From an uncultured Candidatus Saccharibacteria bacterium (GTDB lineage Bacteria > Patescibacteriota > Minisyncoccia > Phycocordibacterales > UBA5272): a DNA stretch of 58,298 bases. The stretch's first letter is position 1. Every line of letters begins with the position of its first letter. The notes below the pieces were generated by a model. That model did not search any database. It was given only the letters and a program-made list of their open reading frames with translations, and was not told where the DNA came from. The stretch spans positions 1 to 58,298 of the forward strand of contig CAZNVC010000004.1 in assembly GCA_964576685.1 (NCBI GenBank). Reading direction: 5' to 3'. Positions 1 to 9,770 of the stretch are shown here, one piece after another. The translations under genes and the position numbers were made by a program.

Positions 1-40
1 TGGCAATGTACAATGGTCTTTAAAACTGTATACTGACTTT

Positions 41-1174
41 ATGGAACCACTTGCAGCAACACGTAGACCAAAAACACTTGCGGATTACATAGGGCAAGCC
101 CATCTTGTTGGAGACGGGAAGCCTCTTGCCGTTGCTATTGAAAAAAAGCATCAGTTTTCTTTTATTCTTTATGGGCCACCTGGATGTGGCAAGACAACCC
201 TAGCACGTATTTATGCAAAAGCACTCAATGCTGAGTATCACGAGCTCTCCGCGGTCTCGGCAGGTAAAGATGATATACGACGTATTGTAGAAACTGGAGG
301 TGAACTTTTCGGACCTAAGGTACTTTTTCTAGATGAGATTCATCGTTTCAATAAAGCGCAACAGGATTTTCTTTTGCCACATGTTGAAAGTGGTAAACTT
401 ATTCTTATTGGCGCAACGACGGAGAACCCAAGTTTTGAAGTGATCCCTGCACTTCTCTCACGATGTCGCGTGTTTGTGCTTGAACCGCTCTCTCATAGTG
501 AGATGCAAGAGATTATTCAGCGTACTGGGATAAAATTATCGCATGATGCACTACAACTACTCGTTGAGATTGGTGGAGGTGATGCGCGCCAGACACTTGG
601 TCTCTTGGAGAATACTCAGGAGCTGTATGGAGAGGTTACTAAGGAAAATATTAAAAGTGCACTCCAGTCGAAGTTTTTGCGATATGACAAGAAAGGGGAG
701 GAACATTACAACACCATCAGTGCATTTATAAAAAGTATGCGCGCATCTCAAGTCGATGCCGCACTCTACTATCTCGGACGGATGATTGTTTCTGGGGAGG
801 ATCCAAAATTCATTGCACGTCGCATGGTTATCTTTGCATCAGAAGATATTGGAATGGCGGATCCTCATGCCCTCGTACTTGCAAATGAAGTATTTCGAGC
901 GGTTGAGACAATTGGTCTTCCGGAGTGTGGGATTAACCTTTCTCATGGTGTGGTGTATATGTCACAAGCAAAGAAAGATAGAAGTTCTTATGATGCGTAT
1001 AAGTCTGCACTACATGATGCAAAGCAGTATGGTAATCTTCCCGTCCCTCTTAAGTTACGTAATGCAGAAACAGCACTCATGAAGGAGATGGGGTATGGCA
1101 AGGGGTATGAAATGTATGATGATGAAGGGTATCTTCCTGATGAACTTAGTGATACGACGTATTATAAGAAGTAG
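41..1174 (+). CDS. rarA: Replication-associated recombination protein A (AAA+ ATPase, MgsA/RarA family)
   Basis: Walker [12 protein letters not shown], Walker [10 protein letters not shown] and a RarA-type C-terminal helical domain. Full 377-aa ORF. TATACT at 29-34 lies 6 nt before the ATG. Confidence 0.9.
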   Translation: MEPLAATRRPKTLADYIGQAHLVGDGKPLAVAIEKKHQFSFILYGPPGCGKTTLARIYAKALNAEYHELSAVSAGKDDIRRIVETGGELFGPKVLFLDEIHRFNKAQQDFLLPHVESGKLILIGATTENPSFEVIPALLSRCRVFVLEPLSHSEMQEIIQRTGIKLSHDALQLLVEIGGGDARQTLGLLENTQELYGEVTKENIKSALQSKFLRYDKKGEEHYNTISAFIKSMRASQVDAALYYLGRMIVSGEDPKFIARRMVIFASEDIGMADPHALVLANEVFRAVETIGLPECGINLSHGVVYMSQAKKDRSSYDAYKSALHDAKQYGNLPVPLKLRNAETALMKEMGYGKGYEMYDDEGYLPDELSDTTYYKK

Positions 1175-1244
1175 GAAGGTTGCTTGATAAAACCTCATCT
1201 TTTGTGTAGAGTTGATGAAGACTTTTTAGTTGAAGGGGTGGATA

Positions 1245-1532
1245 ATGAACGAAAAGGACATTGTTTCTATTCATGATAGGTTTACTAAGAGATTACTCAG
1301 ATATATACCAGAAGATGCTTGTACTGCAGACGAGGTTAGGAGTATTTATTTACGATTTCGTCCCCCGAACTATCTTCAGAAGAAACTAGGGCTTATCTTA
1401 TCCCTTGAAAAAGTAGAGAAAGCATTAGATCAATTGTGTAAAGCGGGGTTAGTGTCAAGGAAACAAGGAACTAACACATTTTTTTTAAACTACGCAGGGA
1501 AACAATTTGTTTCTCATAAGAAAAAGAAATAG
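1245..1532 (+). CDS. Small hypothetical protein, possibly winged-helix-like
   Basis: ATG at 1245 preceded by AAGGGGTGG. The ORF track starts at an upstream TTG (1230). No recognisable family. Confidence 0.4.
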   Translation: MNEKDIVSIHDRFTKRLLRYIPEDACTADEVRSIYLRFRPPNYLQKKLGLILSLEKVEKALDQLCKAGLVSRKQGTNTFFLNYAGKQFVSHKKKK

Positions 1533-1533
1533 T

Positions 1534-1567
1534 AAAACACCAATACCTGAGGATATTGGTGTTTTTT
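1534..1567 (+). terminator. Rho-independent terminator
   Basis: 12-bp stem aaaacaccaata/tattggtgtttt with an 8-nt loop, running into a T-tract. Confidence 0.75.
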
Positions 1568-1596
1568 AATTATCATACGTTTCTCAATCTCCAATT

Positions 1597-1605
1597 TGCT
1601 ATACT
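1597..1605 (+). promoter_or_regulatory. Extended -10 box TGCTATACT, 7 nt upstream of the prfB ATG (leaderless-type)
   Basis: Sequence match to TGnTAnnnT. The same 9-mer recurs at 2539 and 44395, each immediately before an ATG. Confidence 0.55.
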
Positions 1606-1612
1606 AGTTTCC

Positions 1613-2488
1613 ATGGAAGAAAGTCTCGATGAAGAAATTGCTACTCTCGAAGCCTCTATGAATGATGTTTCTTTTTGGAGTGATAAAGAAAAAGCTCAGA
1701 CAACCATTAAGCGCCTAAAAGAACTTAAAGATAAGAAAGAAGGAGTAAGTGCACTCGATAAAGGTAGCGCAATTATGAGTATCTTGGCAGGTGCTGGAGG
1801 GGATGATAGTGAAGATTTCGCACGAATGCTTTTTGAAATGTATCGTGCATATTTTTCTCGCAAGGGCTTTATCTATACACTCCTTCATGACAATACAAAC
1901 GATCATGGAGGGTATCGTAATCTCACTATTGAGATCACTGGAAAGAATGCATATGGAACACTGAAGCATGAATCAGGAGTTCATCGTCTCGTGCGTATCT
2001 CACCTTTTAATGCGCAAGCAAAGCGTCATACTTCGTTTGCAATGGTGGAGGTACTTCCGATTATTCCACTTGTTGAACGAAAAGCAATTTCACCAGATGA
2101 AATACGAATCGAAACTTCGAAGTCCGGTGGTCCTGGTGGTCAAAATGTGAACAAGCGTGAGACTGCAGTGCGAGTGATACATATTCCAACAAATATCGCT
2201 GTGCATGTAGCAACGGAACGACAACAGGAACAGAATAAACAGAAGGCGCTTGAAATTCTTGCTTCAAAATTATTTACACGTGAAGAAGAAAAGCGTAAAG
2301 CTGAAGTAGAGGGGAGACAGATTAGTAAGACGACGGAAATAGAATGGGGGAACCAGATTCGTTCGTATGTGCTTCATCCGTATAAAATGGTAAAAGATCA
2401 TCGTACAGAGTGTGAGACAAGTAATGTAGAAGCGGTACTAGAAAAAGGAGAGATTGACGCTTTTATTGACGCAGAAAAGAATCTCTAA
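1613..2488 (+). CDS. prfB: Peptide chain release factor 2, N-terminally reduced, no programmed frameshift
   Basis: SPF tripeptide (RISPFNAQ), GGQ motif (SGGPGGQNVNK) and strong collinearity with RF2 from domain 2 onward. ATG at 1613 follows a terminator and a -10 box. Confidence 0.9.
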   Translation: MEESLDEEIATLEASMNDVSFWSDKEKAQTTIKRLKELKDKKEGVSALDKGSAIMSILAGAGGDDSEDFARMLFEMYRAYFSRKGFIYTLLHDNTNDHGGYRNLTIEITGKNAYGTLKHESGVHRLVRISPFNAQAKRHTSFAMVEVLPIIPLVERKAISPDEIRIETSKSGGPGGQNVNKRETAVRVIHIPTNIAVHVATERQQEQNKQKALEILASKLFTREEEKRKAEVEGRQISKTTEIEWGNQIRSYVLHPYKMVKDHRTECETSNVEAVLEKGEIDAFIDAEKNL

Positions 2489-2538
2489 AGGAGTAATCAC
2501 GAGGTATTTCTAATTCACATTTGTAAGCTTCCTTAACA

Positions 2539-2547
2539 TGCTATACT
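2539..2547 (+). promoter_or_regulatory. Extended -10 box TGCTATACT, 9 nt upstream of the ftsE ATG
   Basis: Identical 9-mer to 1597-1605. No Shine-Dalgarno between it and the ATG. Confidence 0.55.
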
Positions 2548-2556
2548 CTTTACTAT

Positions 2557-3237
2557 ATGCTTTACTTCGACAGAGTTTCAAAGGAATATGATAACGGAAA
2601 CAAAGTGTTAGATGAGATTTCTCTCACTATCAATAAAGGAGAGCTTGTCTCAGTGGTAGGTCATTCAGGTGCGGGAAAGACAACACTTATCAAGATGTTG
2701 CTCGCAGAGGAGTTTCCAACAGAAGGGGTGGTGTCATTTAATTCAGACAATATTCATACCTTACGTGGGAGGGATATGACAAATTATCGTCGCAAGATCG
2801 GTGTTGTCTTTCAGGATTTTCGTCTCATCCCTAATAAGACAGCATATGAGAATGTTGCGTTTGCGATGGAGGCAGCAGGGCGTCATGATGATGATATTCG
2901 AGAAGATGTTCCACACGTACTTGATCTTGTCGACTTGAAAGACAAGCTTCATCATTTTCCACACCAATTATCTGGGGGTGAGCAACAGCGCGTTGCGATT
3001 GCCCGCGCGATTATCAATCGTCCCGAGATTATTATTGCCGATGAACCAACAGGGAACCTTGATCCACTCAACACCTACGACATTGTTCAGATATTAAAGA
3101 AGATTAACGATCTTGGAACGACAGTGATCCTTACTACTCACAATAAGGGAATTGTCGATAACCTCGGTCGTCGTGTTATCACCATGGAGAACGGTCGCAT
3201 TACAAGAGATCAGAAGTCAGGTAAATTCACCATGTAA
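2557..3237 (+). CDS. ftsE: Cell division ABC transporter ATP-binding protein FtsE
   Basis: Walker [13 protein letters not shown] signature LSGGEQQR, Walker B IIIADEPT. Followed by ftsX. Confidence 0.9.
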   Translation: MLYFDRVSKEYDNGNKVLDEISLTINKGELVSVVGHSGAGKTTLIKMLLAEEFPTEGVVSFNSDNIHTLRGRDMTNYRRKIGVVFQDFRLIPNKTAYENVAFAMEAAGRHDDDIREDVPHVLDLVDLKDKLHHFPHQLSGGEQQRVAIARAIINRPEIIIADEPTGNLDPLNTYDIVQILKKINDLGTTVILTTHNKGIVDNLGRRVITMENGRITRDQKSGKFTM

Positions 3238-3242
3238 TTTTT

Positions 3243-4169
3243 ATGAAGATAGTACTTTGGAAACGAACAATAATCGCAGGTCTTAGAGGTTTTTACCGTA
3301 ATCGTACCGTGTCTCTTTCTTCGATTTTTATTCTTACGATTACACTTTCAATTATCACATCATTCTATCTCTTTAGGGCGGTATTTGATTACACCCTCGA
3401 ACAAGTAAAAGAAAAGGTTGATGTCCGTGTCTATCTCACCGCTGATGCCACAGAACAACAAGCCGCTGAGGTGAAGGCAAAAATACTTGGTTTGACTGAT
3501 GTAAAATCAGTTGAGTATACCTCACGCGATCAAGCACTTCTTGATTTTAAGAAAAAGCATGAAGGTGATCAGCTCACCCTTCAGGCGCTTGATGAGCTCG
3601 GTACTAATCCATTTGGAGCGTCACTTTCTATTGTTGCAAAAGATACGTCTCGTTATGAAGCAATCGCTAATCAGTTAAGCGAAGGATCAGGGCTTCTTGG
3701 GGAAGAGAAGGGGGTAATCGACAAAGTGAATTACTATCAGATAAAAGATAGTATTGATAAATTAAACAGCATTATTGGTTGGACGAATACAGTAGGGTTT
3801 TGGCTCTCTATTATTTTTGTACTCATGAGTTGTATGATTGTGTACAACACCATTCGTCTTGCTATTTTCGTCTACCGTGATGAGATTGCTGTAATGAAGC
3901 TTGTTGGCGCATCAAACATGTTTATCCGTGGACCGTTTATTGTCGAATCATTCCTCTATTCTATTGTTGCAACGGTAATTACTATTATCCTCTTTTTCCC
4001 GGCAACGATTTGGGTTACTAAAAAAACAGTTTTCTTCTTTGAAGGGCTCAACATTAATATGTTTTATACTGAGCACCTCGTACAGCTTGCAGGCATGCTT
4101 CTCATTTTCAGTTCTATCCTTACAGTAATTTCTTCGTTGCTGGCTGTTCGAAAATATTTGAAGGTATAA
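3243..4169 (+). CDS. ftsX: Cell division permease-like protein FtsX
   Basis: N-terminal TM, periplasmic domain and three C-terminal TMs. Positioned 5 nt after ftsE. Confidence 0.85.
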   Translation: MKIVLWKRTIIAGLRGFYRNRTVSLSSIFILTITLSIITSFYLFRAVFDYTLEQVKEKVDVRVYLTADATEQQAAEVKAKILGLTDVKSVEYTSRDQALLDFKKKHEGDQLTLQALDELGTNPFGASLSIVAKDTSRYEAIANQLSEGSGLLGEEKGVIDKVNYYQIKDSIDKLNSIIGWTNTVGFWLSIIFVLMSCMIVYNTIRLAIFVYRDEIAVMKLVGASNMFIRGPFIVESFLYSIVATVITIILFFPATIWVTKKTVFFFEGLNINMFYTEHLVQLAGMLLIFSSILTVISSLLAVRKYLKV

Positions 4170-4181
4170 GTGTAATATAAG

Positions 4182-4218
4182 AATGCCCTGTTTTGATAGT
4201 TAGTCAAAACAGGGCATT
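4182..4218. terminator. Bidirectional hairpin terminator between convergent genes
   Basis: Perfect 15-bp stem aatgccctgttttga/tcaaaacagggcatt with a 7-nt loop. Confidence 0.75.
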
Positions 4219-4231
4219 GAGTCCTTTCAGT

Positions 4232-4630
4232 CTAGAATTTCCAGGTTTCACCTCGGTAGTTTTCAGCTACACAAGGCCAGCCCATGGATGATGGTCTGAA
4301 CTTGGCGTGGTTTAATGACCTCATTCCTCCTACAAGTTCCCCAGTATCGAGGAGAGAGTGGCTAATAATCACGCCACCATCCCCTTCAAATCGACTATGG
4401 AAATTTATCCACTCTCTCCCATCGCCCCAGAGGTCACGTCTTTTGCTGCGGTAATCATATACCGTATATTTGTCATGTCCTTTGACAAAGACCATGCCGA
4501 ACTTTATCAGGCGAGCATGGTCCGCAACGCTTAGTGGCAGATCACCACAGGCAATTGCGTTGCTGTTGATATTCTCTCTGCTGAACATCAGAGACACATC
4601 TACATTAGGGTTCTCCGCGGTGGTGGCCAT
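4232..4630 (-). CDS. Hypothetical protein (GC-richer orphan)
   Basis: 132-aa ORF with an AGGAG Shine-Dalgarno 6 nt upstream. A sampled line is 50% GC versus 37% in ftsX. Confidence 0.5.
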   Translation of the reverse strand: MATTAENPNVDVSLMFSRENINSNAIACGDLPLSVADHARLIKFGMVFVKGHDKYTVYDYRSKRRDLWGDGREWINFHSRFEGDGGVIISHSLLDTGELVGGMRSLNHAKFRPSSMGWPCVAENYRGETWKF

Positions 4631-4807
4631 GATCGTCTCCTTGCTTTATCGGCAAGATAGACCAATCAAAGACCTTTGATTGTGGGTATCTACTTGCAGT
4701 ACGATAAAGTGAAATTATATTATATAATATATATTTAATAAGTCAAGTCTTCCTCCTTTTTACTTTTACGCTTACACTGCATAGTATTAGTATTTGCTAC
4801 GAGCTAC

Positions 4808-6493
4808 ATGCTACGAGCTACATTGTCTCAAATGCTCCAATCCACCGCGCTCACTATTTTAAAACTTGGCCACACCACTTTTCTTACTGGGGCTGCAGGG
4901 GCTGGTAAAAGTTATGTGCTTCGTGAATATATTTCATATCTTAAAAAGCATGGTATAAGTTACGCGGTCACTGCCTCTACTGGTATTGCTGCGACCCATA
5001 TTAACGGAACTACCATTCACTCATGGAGTGGAATTGGGATAAAAGATCATCTTACATCATATGACCTCGATGTCCTTGAAGAGAAACAGAACCTCTACAA
5101 GCGCTGGAACACTACAAGTGTTCTTGTGATCGATGAGATATCAATGCTTCATGCAACATTTATCGACATGTTAGACAAGGTTGCAAAACATGTACGAAGA
5201 AATGATAAACCTTTTGGTGGTGTGCAGGTGGTGTTTTCAGGTGACTTTTTTCAATTGCCTCCTGTTGTAAAAAATGGCAATGGTATGGAAGGAGGGGTCT
5301 TTGCTTTCCAATCGACTGCGTGGAAAGAGTCAAAGCCTGTCGTATGTTATTTAAGTGAACAGTTTCGCCAAGATGATGACAGGCTTTCTTCACTTCTTAA
5401 CGCGATACGTAAAGGTGACATAGATGATGGGTATTATGAAATGCTTGAAGAAAAAACGAGTGTTCCTCACACAGGAGACCATATTAAACTCTATACCCAC
5501 AATGAAAATGTTGATCTCATCAACCGTGAAGCGTTCATGAAAATGAAAGGTGAGACAAGAACATATCACATGGTGACAAAGGGTAAGGCAGCGCTTGTGG
5601 CGAGTTTAAAAAATAATTGTCTTGCAGATGAAGTTCTTGAATTAAAAATCGGTGCAAAGGTAATTTGTATTAAGAATGCTCAAGATAGAAGTTATGTGAA
5701 TGGTTCGATGGGGAAAGTAATTGCTTTTGATAATGAGGGGGCACCAATTGTTGAGCTTGTGAATGGAAGAAAAGTAACTATTAAAGCAGATACTTGGAAG
5801 ATAGAAGAAGATGGAAAAGTGAAAGCTGAGTTATCACAGCTCCCAATCAAACTTGCATGGGCAATCACAGTCCATAAGTCACAAGGGATGACCCTTGATA
5901 AAGCAGAAATTGATCTCTCTCGTGCGTTTGCGTCAGGGCAGGGGTATGTCGCGCTTTCTCGCCTCACTTCATTAGATGGTCTTTACTTGAAGGGGTTTAA
6001 TCCACAGGCGCTCATGATTAGTGATGAGGTTAAAGAGATGGACACCCTCTTTCGTAGTAAAAGTAGACAAGCAGAAGAGGCGATCAATAAATATGATGAA
6101 AAGAAAATTGTAGTATTGCAAGAAAAATTCTTACGTGAACAAGGTGGCTCACTTACTGAACTTGTCGTTGATGATGACGACGATGAGGTGGTAACAAAAA
6201 CTGCTTCACATGTGATTACTAAGACAATGCTTGATGAAGGAAAGACAGTGAAGGAGGTTGCAGAGGCCCGTGGTCTTTCTCTTGATACAATCCTTGGCCA
6301 CATAGAGAAGTTAATTGAATATAAAGAAGTGGTGACACTCGATCATACACTTCCAAAGAAAAAAGAATTTGAAAAAATTGCAAAGACATTTGAAAAACTC
6401 GATACTCGTAAACTTACTCCAGTCTACGATGCTCTTGGTGGGAAAGTTTCTTACCAAGAGATACGGCTCGTAAGAGCATACCTGCACCTTTAG
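4808..6493 (+). CDS. PIF1/RecD-like SF1 DNA helicase with C-terminal HTH domain
   Basis: Walker A GAAGAGKSYV, Walker B VLVIDEISML, motif AITVHKSQGMT, C-terminal helix-turn-helix (KTVKEVAEARGLSLDTILGHIEKL). The start is ambiguous (ATG 4808 or 4832). Confidence 0.8.
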   Translation: MLRATLSQMLQSTALTILKLGHTTFLTGAAGAGKSYVLREYISYLKKHGISYAVTASTGIAATHINGTTIHSWSGIGIKDHLTSYDLDVLEEKQNLYKRWNTTSVLVIDEISMLHATFIDMLDKVAKHVRRNDKPFGGVQVVFSGDFFQLPPVVKNGNGMEGGVFAFQSTAWKESKPVVCYLSEQFRQDDDRLSSLLNAIRKGDIDDGYYEMLEEKTSVPHTGDHIKLYTHNENVDLINREAFMKMKGETRTYHMVTKGKAALVASLKNNCLADEVLELKIGAKVICIKNAQDRSYVNGSMGKVIAFDNEGAPIVELVNGRKVTIKADTWKIEEDGKVKAELSQLPIKLAWAITVHKSQGMTLDKAEIDLSRAFASGQGYVALSRLTSLDGLYLKGFNPQALMISDEVKEMDTLFRSKSRQAEEAINKYDEKKIVVLQEKFLREQGGSLTELVVDDDDDEVVTKTASHVITKTMLDEGKTVKEVAEARGLSLDTILGHIEKLIEYKEVVTLDHTLPKKKEFEKIAKTFEKLDTRKLTPVYDALGGKVSYQEIRLVRAYLHL

Positions 6494-6647
6494 ACTCTTT
6501 TAGTCTTATATTCTGTCTATATCAAAATTGTCAGAGCACTCATGGTAGTGAGGGTGTTTTGTGCATTTGACATAGCAAATAGTAATGAGTAGTATCAGAG
6601 AAGTTGTTTTTTTGTAGCTGTTACCTTCTAAGGATAATGAGGACGCG

Positions 6648-7661
6648 ATGAAAACTCTTTCTGTGTTAGAGGACCGTATCCTTGGCATGCTGGCAGGTGT
6701 TGCAATTGGAGACGCCCTTGGTATGCCGGTTGAGACCATGAGTCGTGAAAATATCTTGAAATTAAACGGTGGTCTCGGTGTTACTTATTACATGAATCCT
6801 GTTCAAATGAGAATTGATGATACAAAAAATCTCGCAACCGGTGATACGACAGATGATTGGCAACTTACTTCTGCAGTCGCTAGGTCACTCATTGAGGCAA
6901 AAGGCTTTGACATCGTTCATCAAGCTACTACTCACCTATCCGAACTCGAAAAAAGTACCTTTGGGTGGGGAAAGGGAACAATGCAATCTCTTCTTGAGAT
7001 TAAGCATGGTCAACGCATGATTGGAGAAGAACCACTTCCTGTACAAAAAGGAAAAGGAAGCGGTAATGGGGTGATCATGAAAATTGCTCCGCTTGCCGCT
7101 GTCACCGCGATTACTGGCGAGATAATGACAGGGAACATTATCGAACTTGGGAAATTAACCCATCCAGACCTACGAGCTCGTATTGCTCCAGTTGCGGTGT
7201 ATAGTTTTTTAGTTTTAGCACTCTTGGGTCTCATTGATATCTACTTGGACGAAGGGGAACCCCTCGAAGAGGTTTATCACGATGAGGTGATCGCCCTCAT
7301 AAAAGTGCTAGAAATAAAATATCACGCAAACCTAAATTCTGTCCCTGTGCTTTCTGAGTATCTTTCGAAAATTGATATGAGGAGTATTGAGGGACTTATT
7401 GATACTGCGGGGGTAGGGTTTACTGCCTGGCAGACTGCAGCATTTACTCTCGGTGTGTACATGCGACATCCGAGAGATTTCACGTCAGCAATCCTTGAGG
7501 CGGTGAATGCTGGCGGGGACACAGATACCAACACCTCAGTGGTCGGAGGTCTCGTTGGGGCAACAATTGGATTCTCAGAAATCGAAGAGGAATGGAAGCA
7601 TATTCCAGTTATGGGGGAGGTTAAACAACTCTCAAGAGCTCTTTATGCAGCGTTTCTCTGA
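6648..7661 (+). CDS. ADP-ribosylglycohydrolase family protein
   Basis: N-terminal GDALGMPVE and C-terminal GGDTDTN motifs typical of the ARH family. GAGGA Shine-Dalgarno upstream. Confidence 0.8.
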   Translation: MKTLSVLEDRILGMLAGVAIGDALGMPVETMSRENILKLNGGLGVTYYMNPVQMRIDDTKNLATGDTTDDWQLTSAVARSLIEAKGFDIVHQATTHLSELEKSTFGWGKGTMQSLLEIKHGQRMIGEEPLPVQKGKGSGNGVIMKIAPLAAVTAITGEIMTGNIIELGKLTHPDLRARIAPVAVYSFLVLALLGLIDIYLDEGEPLEEVYHDEVIALIKVLEIKYHANLNSVPVLSEYLSKIDMRSIEGLIDTAGVGFTAWQTAAFTLGVYMRHPRDFTSAILEAVNAGGDTDTNTSVVGGLVGATIGFSEIEEEWKHIPVMGEVKQLSRALYAAFL

Positions 7662-7673
7662 AAATCTGCCCAC

Positions 7674-7709
7674 AAATCCCCCCCATACGAAGGGGGATTT
7701 CTTGTTTTT
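7674..7709 (+). terminator. Rho-independent terminator
   Basis: Stem aaatccccc/gggggattt followed by cttgttttt. Confidence 0.7.
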
Positions 7710-7968
7710 GACACAATCTAGTCTAGATTTGCTTGTAATACTTTGTAAATGAGGACCTCAAGCTTTTTATGAGTAAATATGAAATAGAGAATCCGTGAAT
7801 AGTATACTTGCTTTTCTTTCTTTGTATGTTATAATTGCGATACCATTTTTTTAATAAAAGATAGTAAGAATTGTTCAATTAAATAAAAGTATCTCCTGCA
7901 CATATGTTTGAGGTCACACACTGTATTTTCTGTGTGGATTTTAGCTGTTTAACAACAATTGCTTATAT

Positions 7969-8991
7969 ATGAAAATATCGATACTAATTCCGTGTCATAA
8001 TGAAGAAAAGTCAATCAAGGCGTGTGTTCAGTCTTGTCTTGATCAGACTCGAGTTCCTGACCAAATTCTTGTTGTTAATGACGGAAGTACCGATAAGAGT
8101 GGAGAGCTACTCGCTTCATTTGGTGACAAAATAGAAGTTCTTATGATTCCTGTTGCAACAGGAAATAAAAGTTACGCACAAGAGCGAGGGCTAGAACATA
8201 TTACTGGTGACATTTTTATTGCAACCGACGGGGATACTCTTCTTGATCCGAAGCTAGTACAGATTGCTGAGGAGACATTTGATGAGCAAAAAGATATTGT
8301 GGCGATATGTGGCTATGTCAAAAGTCTAAAATATAATTGGCTTACTGCGTGTAGAGAAATTGAATACGTAATTGGTCAGACCTTGTTTAAGGTCGCACAA
8401 GGATATCTTGACGCAATCTTTGTGATTCCTGGATGTGCAGGGGCTTTTCATACAAAAACTTTCAAGAAGGTTATACGTTTTGATCATGATACGTTAACTG
8501 AGGACCTCGATTTTACGTACAAGTTTCACAGACTTGGTCTTCGTATCGCATATGCTCAGGGCATGATTGCTTACACTCAGGACCCAGACACACTTAGTTC
8601 ATACATTAACCAGATGCGTCGTTGGTATGCTGGAGGTTGGCAAAACTTACGTAAGCATTTTCATATCCTCAAGAAACCAAATAACTCATTCCAGTTGTCA
8701 GTTAGTTATATAGAAGGATTTATTTTTTCTGTCGCTCTTTTCATTGCTCCGTTCTTTAACATACGATTTTACGAATATTTTATTGTCCCATTCCTGACAT
8801 TTGTGCTTCTCTTGGGGGGACTTTCTGCAATTATGCGTAAACGGTGGGATTTATTTTTCTACTCTCCAACCTATTTTGTACTTGTATTTATTAATGCATA
8901 TATTTTCTTGGAACAGTTTTGGTTTGAGATTGTTCAAAAAAGAAGTAACTTGGTTTGGTTCCAACCAAAACGACGTGAAATATCAGTCTAA
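7969..8991 (+). CDS. Processive family-2 glycosyltransferase (polysaccharide synthase, PgaC/IcaA/chitin-synthase-like)
   Basis: GT2 fold with the DGDT and TEDLDF motifs, QMRRW (QxxRW) processivity motif and C-terminal TM helices. Confidence 0.8.
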   Translation: MKISILIPCHNEEKSIKACVQSCLDQTRVPDQILVVNDGSTDKSGELLASFGDKIEVLMIPVATGNKSYAQERGLEHITGDIFIATDGDTLLDPKLVQIAEETFDEQKDIVAICGYVKSLKYNWLTACREIEYVIGQTLFKVAQGYLDAIFVIPGCAGAFHTKTFKKVIRFDHDTLTEDLDFTYKFHRLGLRIAYAQGMIAYTQDPDTLSSYINQMRRWYAGGWQNLRKHFHILKKPNNSFQLSVSYIEGFIFSVALFIAPFFNIRFYEYFIVPFLTFVLLLGGLSAIMRKRWDLFFYSPTYFVLVFINAYIFLEQFWFEIVQKRSNLVWFQPKRREISV

Positions 8992-9005
8992 TTAACTCTA
9001 CTACC

Positions 9006-9758
9006 ATGTTTCAATCACCTCTTGGATTTTTTGCTCTCATCACTAACCTCACAATTTTTACAATTGGTGTTCTTTATAATCGTATAAAAGGATATAAATC
9101 AAACAGAGCTATTATTTCTCAGAAACATATCCTAAGACTTGAAGAGACAAAAATTGGACTACTTGTAAGTATTTTTTTGGCACACTTCATGACAACATTT
9201 ATTTTTGTTACGGTTGTCGCTTTGGTGTACGAAGGATTTTCACGTCTCTACCAAGATAAAGAAAAGATTACTATAGTTGATGTGGCCGAAAAGGGGTATG
9301 CGATGGGTGTTATGGGGTACACGTTTGCCTTAGCAGAGGTAGAAAAATATAAAGGTAATGCCTCGCTATTCCCAGGTGCTATCGCTTTAGAAAATGATCC
9401 AACCAATTTTCCAAATACTCAACCCCTAGAGGCTTCAGTTGGTCTCTCTCAATCAACGAGTAGTTTAATTGGTAAACCAGCAGAAATTAATAGCGCTTTC
9501 AATCATCTTGTTGAAAATCTAGTAAATGATGACAAGGTATCGACAACGTCATTCTTGTTTACCGGAGGAAGAAAGAGAGTATCATTTGTTGATTTTTTGG
9601 AAATAAATGGAGTGGCATCCGGGTTACATGATCGTGGCATTATTGCTCTCTATTTTGGAATGGAAGATTACAATGGTACACAAAAGCAAAATGAGTACTT
9701 ACGAGAAAAACTAAAGAAACTAACAGTTGGTCAGTTAAAGAAAGAGGGGGCCAAATAA
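9006..9758 (+). CDS. Membrane protein, function unknown (two N-terminal TMs)
   Basis: 250-aa ORF 14 nt after the synthase. It has two hydrophobic helices followed by a soluble domain. Confidence 0.55.
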   Translation: MFQSPLGFFALITNLTIFTIGVLYNRIKGYKSNRAIISQKHILRLEETKIGLLVSIFLAHFMTTFIFVTVVALVYEGFSRLYQDKEKITIVDVAEKGYAMGVMGYTFALAEVEKYKGNASLFPGAIALENDPTNFPNTQPLEASVGLSQSTSSLIGKPAEINSAFNHLVENLVNDDKVSTTSFLFTGGRKRVSFVDFLEINGVASGLHDRGIIALYFGMEDYNGTQKQNEYLREKLKKLTVGQLKKEGAK

Positions 9759-9770
9759 TACTACACACCT

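Noticed and set aside
1556-1612. Upstream extension or programmed +1 frameshift of prfB
   Set aside because: The region contains a terminator T-tract and a -10 box. The ORF-track extension starts at a non-ATG codon inside the terminator, and no CUU UGA-type shift site or short upstream ORF exists.
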